Source of the DNA: an uncultured Gammaproteobacteria bacterium
GTDB lineage: Bacteria > Patescibacteriota > Patescibacteriia > HK-STAS-PATE-3
Assembly (NCBI GenBank): GCA_964637345.1
Contig: CAZWTD010000002.1
Span: 6,426-70,425, forward strand
Length of the DNA stretch: 64,000 nucleotides
Direction of reading: 5' to 3'
Shown: in pieces, positions 39,507 through 48,063 of the stretch
How positions within the stretch are numbered: the stretch's first letter is position 1
Layout of the letters: every line of letters begins with the position of its first letter
Made by a program: the position numbers and the translations under genes
The notes under the pieces: generated by a model
Told to the model about the DNA's origin: nothing
Databases searched by the model: none
Seen by the model: the letters and a program-made list of their open reading frames with translations, nothing else

Positions 39507-40129
39507 TTCGCGCGTATTTTTACGGTCCGCCCACCGACACTTCTCGTTTGCGCGAGAGCTATCAGCTTATCCGGCGCATTGTGAAGCAGGCTGGAATTGC
39601 GTTGTCGTCGAATACGCAATCACCCGAGGCTGATCTTGATCCAGAAGAAACTCGTCTCGTCGAATCGCGTGGCGGAAGTCTTCTCGATATGATGAACGCG
39701 ATTATTATCGAAGGCTCGACCGCTGACCCGGAGGTTGGGTATTTACTCGCCTATGCGGTCGCACAAAAACGCCCAACGCTTTTTTTGGCCGAGAAGGGTA
39801 GCAGCGGACGGCAAATCCTTCGCTATCTTGATGAGCGGAAAATTCCGAAAGTGTGCCAGATTCGGACCTATGGACCGAAGAATCTCGAATGGATTCTTAC
39901 GGAGTTTTTAAAAACGCTTGGCGAAGGAGAGGTAAAAGAAATTCCTCGGATTAAGTTTACGCTTCGCATTACGCCGACAATTGAAGAGTATCTCGACTGG
40001 AAAACGCGGAATACGAAAACGAAAAAAGCGGATTATCTTCGAGAGGAGATTGATCATATTATTCAGAAGGACGACGCTTTCCAAGCGCACTTGGAACGGA
40101 AGCGCCGTCGCTCACTCGAAACGCCATGA
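39503..40129 (+). CDS. Nucleoside deoxyribosyltransferase-like fold fused to C-terminal ribbon-helix-helix
   Basis: AIIIEGS..VGYLLAYAVAQKRPTLFL; KFTLRITPTIEEYLDW..KADYLRE. Confidence 0.6.
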   Translation: MIRAYFYGPPTDTSRLRESYQLIRRIVKQAGIALSSNTQSPEADLDPEETRLVESRGGSLLDMMNAIIIEGSTADPEVGYLLAYAVAQKRPTLFLAEKGSSGRQILRYLDERKIPKVCQIRTYGPKNLEWILTEFLKTLGEGEVKEIPRIKFTLRITPTIEEYLDWKTRNTKTKKADYLREEIDHIIQKDDAFQAHLERKRRRSLETP

Positions 40130-41802
40130 AAACTCGAATACGTGGTATTCTCGTCGCGCTCATCCTCAGCTGCGGAATCACTTCCGGCGCAGCCGCAAAA
40201 TCATGGTCCTACGCTTCGTGGGATGTCTTGGCGACGATTGAGCCCGATTCGAGCGTCACGATTGAAGAAACGCAGACTTTTACGTTTTCAGGCGATTACT
40301 CTTGGGTGAATCGAACAATCCCAAAGACTAAGGGTATTTGGTTTGATGCGGTTGAGGTTCGGGACGGTTCCGGGCAACGGCTTTCCGAAGAAGATGTCGA
40401 TATTTCGAACGGGGGGAGCGATCTGAGCATCACAGTGCATTTTCCGAAGCTCCCAACTGATGCTGAAGAAACAAAAACCTGGACTTTCGTCTACCGAGCT
40501 CACAACGCGCTCGGGGATTTTTCGGATTACGATGAATTCTACTGGAACGCGGTCGGCGACGAACGCGAGGTTTCGGTTGAGCGGGCTCAAGTTCGGGTTC
40601 GTCTCCCCGGTGGCTATACGAGCGATCAAATCCAACAGCGTCTGCTCGTTGGGCCGCAAGGCTCGACAACCGAACAGTCAGGATTCTCCTTTACCGCGCC
40701 GGCGGAAGCGCAGTTTAGCGCCGAGTCGATCGCTCCCGGAGAATTTATGACCATTGTTCTTGGCTGGCCGAAGGGAGCGGTTATCCATCAGATCGTCGAA
40801 GAGCCGAAAAGTGCCTGGGATAAGGTATGGACCTGGCTCCTCTGGCCCTATCTTCTTTCCCCGATAGCAGTTTTCGCCTGGCTCATTAGGCGCTGGAAAA
40901 AGAGCGGTCGGGATCCAAAAGGAGCTTCAACGATTATTGCGCAGTATGACCCGCCAGACGGTCAGCCGCCTGCTGTTGTTGGAACACTAGTGGATGAACG
41001 CGTTGATCAGCGCGATATCACGGCAACGATTATCGACCTCGCTGTTCGAGGCTTCCTTACCGTTCGGGAGACGAAAAAGACCGGAATCTTCGGCGGTACA
41101 GAGTACACTTTCGAAAAGAAAAGGGCTGCAAATGATCCCACGCTCCGGCGCTTTGAGACCTTGTTCTTGGATGCCTTCTTTCATAGCCGGAACCAAGTTG
41201 AGCTCAGCGATCTGAAAAATACTTTTTACAAAAAGTTGAAGGAGATAAAGGAGGCAGTCTACGAAGAAACAACGAAGGCTGGATATTTTGAAGTTAACCC
41301 AGAGAAGGCGCGCAGTCGCTATTTGATTGCGGCGCTCGTATTCGGCTTTATCGGCTTTTTTGGGCTTTTCGTTCTTCTTGCTTGGGCCGCGCTGTTGTTG
41401 ATCTTTGCGTTTATCATGCCGCGTCGAACGCCGAAAGGGGTAGCGGCTAAAGAGTGGGCGCTTGGCTTTAAACTCTATCTTCACCGGGCCGAACGCTATC
41501 GGGTGAAAGCAATGACGCCTGAAACCTTCGAGCATTACCTGCCGCACGCGATGATCTTCGGGGTTGAGAAAGAGTGGGCCGAACGCTTTAGTGGCATTCT
41601 CAAAACCCCGCCGTCTTGGTACACGACAAATGATCCGAGTTTCCACTTTTCTTCGGTGTTGTTTGCGAGTCACCTCGCGTCCGCAATGAACACGACCGTT
41701 GCGCGAACACTTGCCTCATCCCCGTCCTCAAGTTCTGGTTTTAGCGGCGGGGGCGGATTTTCCGGCGGCGGGGGAGGCGGCGGGGGCGGGGGAGCTGGAT
41801 AG
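40126..41802 (+). CDS. DUF2207 family membrane protein
   Basis: DEFYWN, ATIIDLAVRG, YLPHAMIFG, Gly-rich tail. Confidence 0.88.
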   Translation: MKTRIRGILVALILSCGITSGAAAKSWSYASWDVLATIEPDSSVTIEETQTFTFSGDYSWVNRTIPKTKGIWFDAVEVRDGSGQRLSEEDVDISNGGSDLSITVHFPKLPTDAEETKTWTFVYRAHNALGDFSDYDEFYWNAVGDEREVSVERAQVRVRLPGGYTSDQIQQRLLVGPQGSTTEQSGFSFTAPAEAQFSAESIAPGEFMTIVLGWPKGAVIHQIVEEPKSAWDKVWTWLLWPYLLSPIAVFAWLIRRWKKSGRDPKGASTIIAQYDPPDGQPPAVVGTLVDERVDQRDITATIIDLAVRGFLTVRETKKTGIFGGTEYTFEKKRAANDPTLRRFETLFLDAFFHSRNQVELSDLKNTFYKKLKEIKEAVYEETTKAGYFEVNPEKARSRYLIAALVFGFIGFFGLFVLLAWAALLLIFAFIMPRRTPKGVAAKEWALGFKLYLHRAERYRVKAMTPETFEHYLPHAMIFGVEKEWAERFSGILKTPPSWYTTNDPSFHFSSVLFASHLASAMNTTVARTLASSPSSSSGFSGGGGFSGGGGGGGGGGAG

Positions 41803-41806
41803 CGAA

Positions 41807-42011
41807 GACCCCCGGACGAGTCTCCAAGCAAAAGCGAAGGTAAGGGCCTCACGTCGTGAGGTGGGCAACGGCGCCGCGAGGTTGGTTTCGACCGTAGTCG
41901 AGAGAGGACAAGGTGTCCATCCCCAGACGGTCTAACCGTCATCGTGTTGCCGAATCCCGTAGAGATTTTTGAATCCTTACCTTTTGCCAGCCCGGAGTCC
42001 GTCCAGGGGTC
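41807..42011 (-). ncRNA. Structured ncRNA, candidate 6S RNA
   Basis: Ends pair (GACCCCTGGACG/CGTCCGGGGGTC; AAGGTAAGG/CCTTACCTT); two cUACGg loops; CCCACCT hairpin; own promoter TTGCTT-16-TAGACT at 42078-42051. Confidence 0.6.
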
Positions 42012-42162
42012 ATCCAAAGAACGTCAACAAGCACGTAACCGATAAAAAGGAGTCTACACTCCCTCGAAAAAAAAGCAAGGGTGTGGAGTGGATAACTCGA
42101 CTGGTACATTTTCTGTCTCGCGGTAGAATATCAGTATTAGCCTACTCATTACGGGAAAGCAT

Positions 42163-42609
42163 ATGGATCAAAATGGAAGGGTATTAAAGCGTTCAAAGGA
42201 TAATCGCGTTGTTGGGGGTGTTTGTGGCGGACTGTCCGCGTATTTTGACGTGGATGTTACGCTGTTGCGTATCGTTGCGGTTGTGTTAGCGTTTGCGGAC
42301 GGCGTAGGGATTCTTCTCTACCTCATTCTTTGGATTGTGGTGCCTGAAGAAGGGTCGGATTCCTCGGCGAAGACCGGAGAACGGGTAAAGAGTTTTGTTT
42401 CTGAAGTCGGTACGCAGGCTGAGACTATTATGGAAGGCGGGTCTCGCGGTTCGGGGTTCCGCAACCTTCTGGGACTTTGTATTGTCGTGATCGGTCTTCT
42501 TGCCTTAGCTCGTGAGTTCTTCCCAGCAACGTGGTTCGACTGGGATCTTCTGTGGCCAATACTTCTCATTTTCATTGGGGTATATATTCTTCGTAAGCGA
42601 AAAATCTAA
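42163..42609 (+). CDS. PspC-domain protein with LiaF/LiaI-like TM region
   Basis: RSKDNRVVGGVCGGLSAYF; LWPILLI. Confidence 0.85.
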   Translation: MDQNGRVLKRSKDNRVVGGVCGGLSAYFDVDVTLLRIVAVVLAFADGVGILLYLILWIVVPEEGSDSSAKTGERVKSFVSEVGTQAETIMEGGSRGSGFRNLLGLCIVVIGLLALAREFFPATWFDWDLLWPILLIFIGVYILRKRKI

Positions 42610-42610
42610 T

Positions 42611-43624
42611 ATGGACCAAGCTCATCTTCAGCCTGACACTCCTTTGAACAGTACGCCGAAACCCGAATCGCCTCAGCCTCCACAAGAGACACCTCCGGTG
42701 AAGTCGGGAGCAGTTCAGGAAGTCCATCATTATCATCACGATAAAAAAGGTGGCTTTAGTCTTGCCCGTTTGCTGTTCGGGGGGATTCTGATTCTCATTG
42801 GCATCGCGTATCTTGGAAATTCCTTTGGCTGGTTTTCGGTAAACGTCGACTTCTGGCAGCTTTGGCCCATCCTCATCGTTTTCCTTGGACTCTCGATTCT
42901 CTCCCGGCACGGCTGGGTTGCCTGGGTAGTCGGTTCGCTCGTCACGCTCATCGTCTTAGGTGGTGTTGCATACGCAATCTTCGTCGGCTTCCCGGTTCGC
43001 GATTTATCGTCTGAGACCATCTCGGTTGATCGGTCGACCGAGGTAAGCGAGGCGAAAATCAATATCGCGACTGGAGCGGGAGAGCTAACGTTGCGCGGCG
43101 GTTCAGACAAGCTCGCCGACGGGACCTTCACCTCGAACGTTACCACGCTCACGAAAAGCGAAACGATTAGAGAGACGGTGCAAGAGCTTGACCTTGAGAT
43201 GCGCGGCCAGTGGCGCGGTTTTGGCTCAACCCGGAATGAGTTGTCGCTCAACCTGACGAAGGATCTTCCGATCGACCTTTCGATTGATTCTGGTGCGATG
43301 GATATGGAGCTTGATTTGGCTGAGGTCGTCGTGAAGCGTTTAAGCATCGACACCGGAGCCTCGAGCCTCGATCTCGTTCTCGGCGATCGCGCGGATCAAA
43401 GCGACATCCTCGTGAAGGCCGGGGCGAGCGCTGTAACAATCGCCGTTCCCCGCAGTGCGGGCGTACGTTTGACCATCGACGCCGGGCTGACCTCGAAAAC
43501 CTTTGAAGATTTTACGCGAGTCGACGAGAACGTTTACGAATCGGATGGGTATGCCGAAGCGGCGAAGAAAATCGATATCGAGCTTGACCTCGGCGTTTCG
43601 AGCTTGACGGTAAACTGGCGCTAA
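42611..43624 (+). CDS. LiaF/LiaG-like envelope stress protein (TM plus toast-rack beta domain)
   Basis: FWQLWPILIV; repeated I.sGa..l.l strands; follows the PspC gene. Confidence 0.75.
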   Translation: MDQAHLQPDTPLNSTPKPESPQPPQETPPVKSGAVQEVHHYHHDKKGGFSLARLLFGGILILIGIAYLGNSFGWFSVNVDFWQLWPILIVFLGLSILSRHGWVAWVVGSLVTLIVLGGVAYAIFVGFPVRDLSSETISVDRSTEVSEAKINIATGAGELTLRGGSDKLADGTFTSNVTTLTKSETIRETVQELDLEMRGQWRGFGSTRNELSLNLTKDLPIDLSIDSGAMDMELDLAEVVVKRLSIDTGASSLDLVLGDRADQSDILVKAGASAVTIAVPRSAGVRLTIDAGLTSKTFEDFTRVDENVYESDGYAEAAKKIDIELDLGVSSLTVNWR

Positions 43625-43627
43625 CCC

Positions 43628-43650
43628 GTATGCGCAAGTGAAGCTTGCGC
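43628..43650 (+). repeat. REP-like palindrome (left)
   Basis: GTAT-GCGCAAG-TGAAG-CTTGCGC. Confidence 0.75.
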
Positions 43651-43659
43651 GAGATTCCG

Positions 43660-44139
43660 TCACTGCAGATTATCAACGATAATTCCTCGGGGAGTTCCCG
43701 TCAGGCGCTGTTGTGCTGATGACCAGGGATATTCCTCGGGTCGCTGACAAAGTCCGGCGCGAACTGGATTAAGATGGATGTAGGTTGCTTTCACCCTGTA
43801 ATCTTCTGATCCTCGAATTCCATGATCGTAGTACTCGCGTTGAAATACTCGTCCCGAGCTATTGTTGAGTTCATGAAATCGCCGTGCGAAGCTGCTGTGG
43901 ATTGCTTGCATTAAGTGGCCGAGCGATTCCCTCTGTGCGGGTAGTACGATGGCGTGATAATGGTCAGGCATGAGGACATATTCAAAAACGACAAAGTGGT
44001 ATTTTGCCCTTTGTTCGTTGATTATGTGTTCCATGGATCGGGCAAAAACAGGATCAAGGAACCATTGTTTTCGATAGAGAAAATTGACCGTGACAAAAAA
44101 CGGTATAGTGTGTATCCGGAGACGTTTTCGGGTCCACAT
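43660..44139 (-). mobile_element. REP-associated tyrosine transposase (RAYT, Y1 HUH)
   Basis: FFVT, YVLMPDHYH, FQREYYDHGIR, YIHLNPVRAGL, YPWSS. Confidence 0.9.
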
Positions 44140-44192
44140 GGAGATGCTCCCGCCACCTTTGTCGACGCATATGGTACCATACTATTACGCGA

Positions 44193-44215
44193 GCGCAAGC
44201 TTTGCTTGCGCTTAC
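44193..44215 (-). repeat. REP-like palindrome (right, inverted)
   Basis: Minus strand GTAA-GCGCAAG-CAAAG-CTTGCGC. Confidence 0.75.
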
Positions 44216-44235
44216 GCTGAATGGAAGCTTGAAGT

Positions 44236-44805
44236 ATGGACGACCACGTTATCATCGTCGCTGGCGACCGGATACCCTATCGGGTTCGGATGAGTCCTTT
44301 GGCGCGAAGGATGACGCTCCGGGTGAAACCCGGCGGGGAAGTGATCGTGACTGTTCCGCGTCGCTTTGGTCAGCGGCCATTAGAGCCCTTCCTCCGACGG
44401 CAGGCTAACTGGTTACGCGCGACGGTGTTAAAGCTGCGCGCAATTCCGGTCCAGTCAAAAACCGAGGTTCGACGCGACTACCTCAAGCATCGCGAAGAGG
44501 CGAGACGTTTTGTTGAACACCGGCTCGCCTTCTACCGGCACATCTACGGATATGATCACGGCCGCATTTCCATTCGCAATCAAGAAACGCGCTGGGGGAG
44601 CTGTTCGCGATCCGGCAACCTAAGCTTTAACTATCGGATTGTGAAACTACCGCTTGAACTGGCGGATTACATTATCGTGCATGAGCTGTGTCATCGGGAG
44701 GAACTGAACCACTCTTCAAGGTTTTGGGCGCTGGTTGCAAAAGCCATTCCGAATCATCGAGCCTTACGACGGCGACTCAATCAACTTCAGCTCGCGTTCG
44801 AGTAA
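44236..44805 (+). CDS. YgjP/DUF45 family zinc metallohydrolase
   Basis: TRWGSCS, DYIIVHELCH, NHSSRFW. Confidence 0.88.
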   Translation: MDDHVIIVAGDRIPYRVRMSPLARRMTLRVKPGGEVIVTVPRRFGQRPLEPFLRRQANWLRATVLKLRAIPVQSKTEVRRDYLKHREEARRFVEHRLAFYRHIYGYDHGRISIRNQETRWGSCSRSGNLSFNYRIVKLPLELADYIIVHELCHREELNHSSRFWALVAKAIPNHRALRRRLNQLQLAFE

Positions 44806-44828
44806 ACGAAGAAGGAGTGAGCAGAAGC

Positions 44829-45314
44829 TCACTCCTTTGAGAGGCGACGGTACAAGGACCAGGGGAGAAGACGGAGCGGGATTTCGCGGAGCCACCACAT
44901 GAGCGGCGACCGCGTCCAGATCTGGGTTGATAGCGGGTCAAACCATCGAACTTCGGAGCCCTTCGATGGCTTGTGGATATGGGGCACAGCAAAGCCGAGT
45001 TGCCGAAGGTCCCGAGCACAGCGCCAGGCGTGCGGCGGGGCTGCGAAGAGGCTGACCGAACGCCAGCCGCGTTCCCGGGCGAGCGCCTGGAAGCGGAGGG
45101 CGATGTCGAGCGATGACAAGTAGCGGCCGGGTCGAGGCTGAATCACAGTCACGACAACGCCAGGCGACGTGATGGCGATGTCTGGTTGTGTTACAACCGT
45201 GAGGTTATTGTATGAGGCCCAGCCTCCCGCATAGCGCGCGAGGTATTGATTGGGTTTTGTTGAGCTCGGTACTCCGAACGCGAAAACCAGTACGACATCA
45301 GTCCTGGCGTCCAA
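44829..45314 (-). CDS. Hypothetical protein, weak DUF218/YdcF resemblance
   Basis: SD GAGGAGGT plus TTG start; RGWRSVSLFAAPPHAWR. Confidence 0.55.
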   Translation of the reverse strand: MDARTDVVLVFAFGVPSSTKPNQYLARYAGGWASYNNLTVVTQPDIAITSPGVVVTVIQPRPGRYLSSLDIALRFQALARERGWRSVSLFAAPPHAWRCARDLRQLGFAVPHIHKPSKGSEVRWFDPLSTQIWTRSPLMWWLREIPLRLLPWSLYRRLSKE

Positions 45315-45391
45315 GGATTACCTCCTCTATTCCGGTGTGAAGGTGCGGTACCTCGCGCCTTTCTTAGTACAAAAAAGAGGAAAAGTCAATA

Positions 45392-45540
45392 GAAAGGCCC
45401 CGCGCGCTGCAAGTGACAGGACCGGGAACAGAGCAGCAGCGCGCGGGGGTTCAGACGGAACGATACGCAGTTGATTTGGCTCTACCGCTTGATTCCGCGG
45501 GGCGAGAGGGTAGGATCCTCAAGGCGGCGTCAAACGGGCA
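45392..45540 (-). ncRNA. Candidate small RNA B
   Basis: TTGACG-16-TATACT (45573-45546); ends in 13 bp GC stem followed by CCTTTCT. Confidence 0.45.
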
Positions 45541-45574
45541 CTCTAAGTATAAACCTGACGGCAAAAGCGTCAAG

Positions 45575-45852
45575 AGAAAGCGCCGCGGCCCGTACTCAAC
45601 CACGAGGGGCTGGTTGAGTTGATGGGGCGGCCGCGGCGCTGGCTTCGTTCGTACTTGTTCGGCGTGATTCCTCGCGCAGAGGGTGGGAAACACCGAACAA
45701 GGTGCGTGGGGGTGACTACCAGGGCGGTAGTCATGTCGGCCAGGGGCTGAAGCTTGGGGACGAATCACGGTCGATGGGTCCGAAGCCGAAGCTTCGGAAT
45801 GCTGCGCGCGCCATCGGCGTTTTCGTTCCATATTCTCCAGGCCTTCCGAGCA
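45575..45852 (-). ncRNA. Candidate structured RNA A
   Basis: TTGACA-17-TATGCT (45886-45858); four consecutive hairpins; final 12 bp stem followed by TTCT. Confidence 0.5.
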
Positions 45853-45921
45853 GGAAGAGCATAGCGGAGCGGGATGACGATGTCAACGATTCTTTTAAAA
45901 AGGTGTGCTAGACTGTTGCCT

Positions 45922-46368
45922 ATGCGGGCAATTATTCAACGAGTTCAGGCGGCGACAGTTCAGGTCGATACGAGAGAGGTCGGCTCGATCAAAGTTGGGT
46001 TTTTTATTCTCCTCGGAGTGGCGACTGACGACACGGAAACCGATGCTACGTGGATGGCGGATCGAATCGCCGGATTGCGAATAATGGCTGACGAGTCCGG
46101 AAAGATGAACCGTACGCTCAAAGAGGCTTCGGGAAGTATTTTGCTCGTTTCCCAATTTACGCTTCACGCGGACGTGCGTTCCGGTCGCCGGCCCAGTTTT
46201 TTGAAAGCAGCCCGGCCTGAACTTGCTCAACCGCTCTACGAACGGGTTCGCGATTTGCTCCGAAGCGCCGGGGTACAGGTTGAAACCGGAGAGTTCGGTT
46301 CATATATGACGATTCCTGTTGTGAACGATGGACCAACAACGATCTTCATCGATTCAAAAGAAGCGTAA
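45922..46368 (+). CDS. dtd: D-aminoacyl-tRNA deacylase
   Basis: MRAIIQRV, SQFTL, GRRPSF, NDGP. Confidence 0.95.
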   Translation: MRAIIQRVQAATVQVDTREVGSIKVGFFILLGVATDDTETDATWMADRIAGLRIMADESGKMNRTLKEASGSILLVSQFTLHADVRSGRRPSFLKAARPELAQPLYERVRDLLRSAGVQVETGEFGSYMTIPVVNDGPTTIFIDSKEA

Positions 46369-47245
46369 GGAATTTTTTCGGCGTACTCTCCTGTCTTTCT
46401 TTCGGCGAGAGGGTCGGGATTTACCGTGGAGGAAGACGCGCGACCCCTATCGCATTTTGGTTTCTGAAGTCATGCTTCAGCAGACGCAGGTCAGTCGGGT
46501 CATTGAGAAGTATCGAAATTTTCTTCGGCGTTTTCCGAGCGCTCGAATGCTTGCGAAGGCGAGTCGTGCTGATGTGATTCGGGCCTGGTCAGGACTTGGG
46601 TACAACCGTCGCGCGCTCAATCTTCAACGCACGACCCAGGAAGTCATGACCAACTATCAGGGCGTCTTTCCGCGAACCGTTCAGGAACTCGAGGCCCTGC
46701 CGGGCATTGGTCCCTACACGGCACGGGCCCTGGCGGCGTTCGCTTACGAACAGCCCGTTGCGATGATCGACACAAATGTCCGGCGGGTGATCGGGCGTTA
46801 TTTCGTCGGGCTGAAGAATGTGCCCCCCGTTCAACTTGAGCGTCTCGCGGATGCGCTCGTCAGGAAGCAACACGCTTGGGCCTGGGGGCACGCGCTTATG
46901 GATTTCGGCGCAATGGTCTGTACAGCGCGCGATCCGAAGTGCGTGACTTGTCCGCTCCAAATGACGTGTCAGGCCGCTCCGGCGATCGCCCGCTTGCGGA
47001 CTAGTGGCGGAACGCTCCCGAGAGTGAAAAAAGCCGGCGAGTCCTTTCGCGAGTCGAATCGTTTTTACCGCGGGAGGATTGTTGAGGCGCTTCGTTATGG
47101 GGCGATGCCTGAGGCTAGGCTTTGGAAGGTCTTGTACGCAGCCCATCCGTATCTCGAGCTTGTCCGCTTTACCGGTGCGGTGCGCGCACTTAGAGATGAA
47201 GGTTTTTTAGTCATTTCACGAAACAGTATCCGACTCGCTTCGTAG
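46328..47245 (+). CDS. mutY: A/G-specific adenine glycosylase
   Basis: LPWR, SEVMLQQT, LPGIGPYTA, DTNV, C-x6-C-x2-C-x5-C. Confidence 0.92.
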   Translation: MDQQRSSSIQKKRKEFFRRTLLSFFRREGRDLPWRKTRDPYRILVSEVMLQQTQVSRVIEKYRNFLRRFPSARMLAKASRADVIRAWSGLGYNRRALNLQRTTQEVMTNYQGVFPRTVQELEALPGIGPYTARALAAFAYEQPVAMIDTNVRRVIGRYFVGLKNVPPVQLERLADALVRKQHAWAWGHALMDFGAMVCTARDPKCVTCPLQMTCQAAPAIARLRTSGGTLPRVKKAGESFRESNRFYRGRIVEALRYGAMPEARLWKVLYAAHPYLELVRFTGAVRALRDEGFLVISRNSIRLAS

Positions 47246-47387
47246 GGTTACGTGGGATTGACAGAGTGGCATCTTCGTGCTAGTCTTTTTTGTTTCGGTC
47301 GGATCTGTTCTGCGACCGGAACATGTACCTTTCAGATTCTACATAAGTAGATCGCCGGCAATGGGGTTGTTATGAGGAGGTCATGCC

Positions 47388-47942
47388 ATGCGTTTCATTT
47401 TTTTGCTGTTGGGACTGTGCTGTACCGCCGGATTTGTGAACGCAGAGCCGACGGTGTTCATGAGGGAAGTAGAGTTCCCGGACACCGTACTCGACACACA
47501 GGATGCATTCAAGACCTGGGTCGGAGAATACGGGGAGGTTGGTGAAGCCGATCTCAGGCTCGCTCCACCCCCCTACTACTTGGTCGTTATTGTGTCACAG
47601 AAAGCGGTCCTTCCAGATGGAACTCAGATCGTTCTTCGAAGGGCGCAAGTGTGCACGATCAAGTACGACGCATGCTATGGGGGTGTAGTCAATTTCGGCG
47701 GTGTGTATGTCGACCTATACTCCTGGTGTAGAGGCCAGGGTATAACAGAGCGAGTGAGTTTCGCAGGAGGTGGGCGCTATGTCAATCTGACAAAGGATCT
47801 TGATAGCGCCATATCAATCCTGCGCGGAGTCGGGAGCGCCGAGGAACGACTCAGCCGTACGGTCAAATACTTCACCAGTACTCCGATTGACGAACGCGTC
47901 GGGGGCGGGTGGAGTCGAGATTTTGGCCCCTGGCATCGGTGA
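47388..47942 (+). CDS. Secreted orphan protein
   Basis: Signal peptide; TTGACA-17-TAGTCT promoter and SD GAGGAGGT. Confidence 0.6.
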   Translation: MRFIFLLLGLCCTAGFVNAEPTVFMREVEFPDTVLDTQDAFKTWVGEYGEVGEADLRLAPPPYYLVVIVSQKAVLPDGTQIVLRRAQVCTIKYDACYGGVVNFGGVYVDLYSWCRGQGITERVSFAGGGRYVNLTKDLDSAISILRGVGSAEERLSRTVKYFTSTPIDERVGGGWSRDFGPWHR

Positions 47943-47960
47943 TCGGCTAAGTGTTCGCTT

Positions 47961-47993
47961 AAACCGCGCTCCCTATTAAAGGTTGCGCGGTTT
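47961..47993 (+). terminator. Terminator
   Basis: AAACCGCGC / GCGCGGTTT stem. Confidence 0.65.
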
Positions 47994-48063
47994 CCTTTAG
48001 TATCAGTTGATTCCAGTTTAACTGATTGCCGAGGCGCAGACGCCTCAGCTATACTCTTAGGGT

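Noticed and set aside
41743-41799. G-run tract resembling a G-quadruplex
   Set aside because: Explained by the Gly-rich C-terminus typical of DUF2207 proteins.
41807-42011. RNase P, SRP or tmRNA identity
   Set aside because: No GAGGAAAGUCC, no SRP helix-8 motif and no tRNA-like ends on either strand.
41670-42017. 115 aa minus-strand ORF with poly-Pro
   Set aside because: Antisense shadow of the DUF2207 Gly tail plus the structured RNA.
43660-44139. IS200/IS605 element with TnpB
   Set aside because: Motifs and flanking palindromes fit RAYT; no tnpB adjacent.
45451-45831. 126 aa minus-strand ORF across the hairpin region
   Set aside because: Pro/Arg-rich, no motifs, runs through a terminator-like hairpin and an internal promoter; treated as incidental, though not formally excluded.
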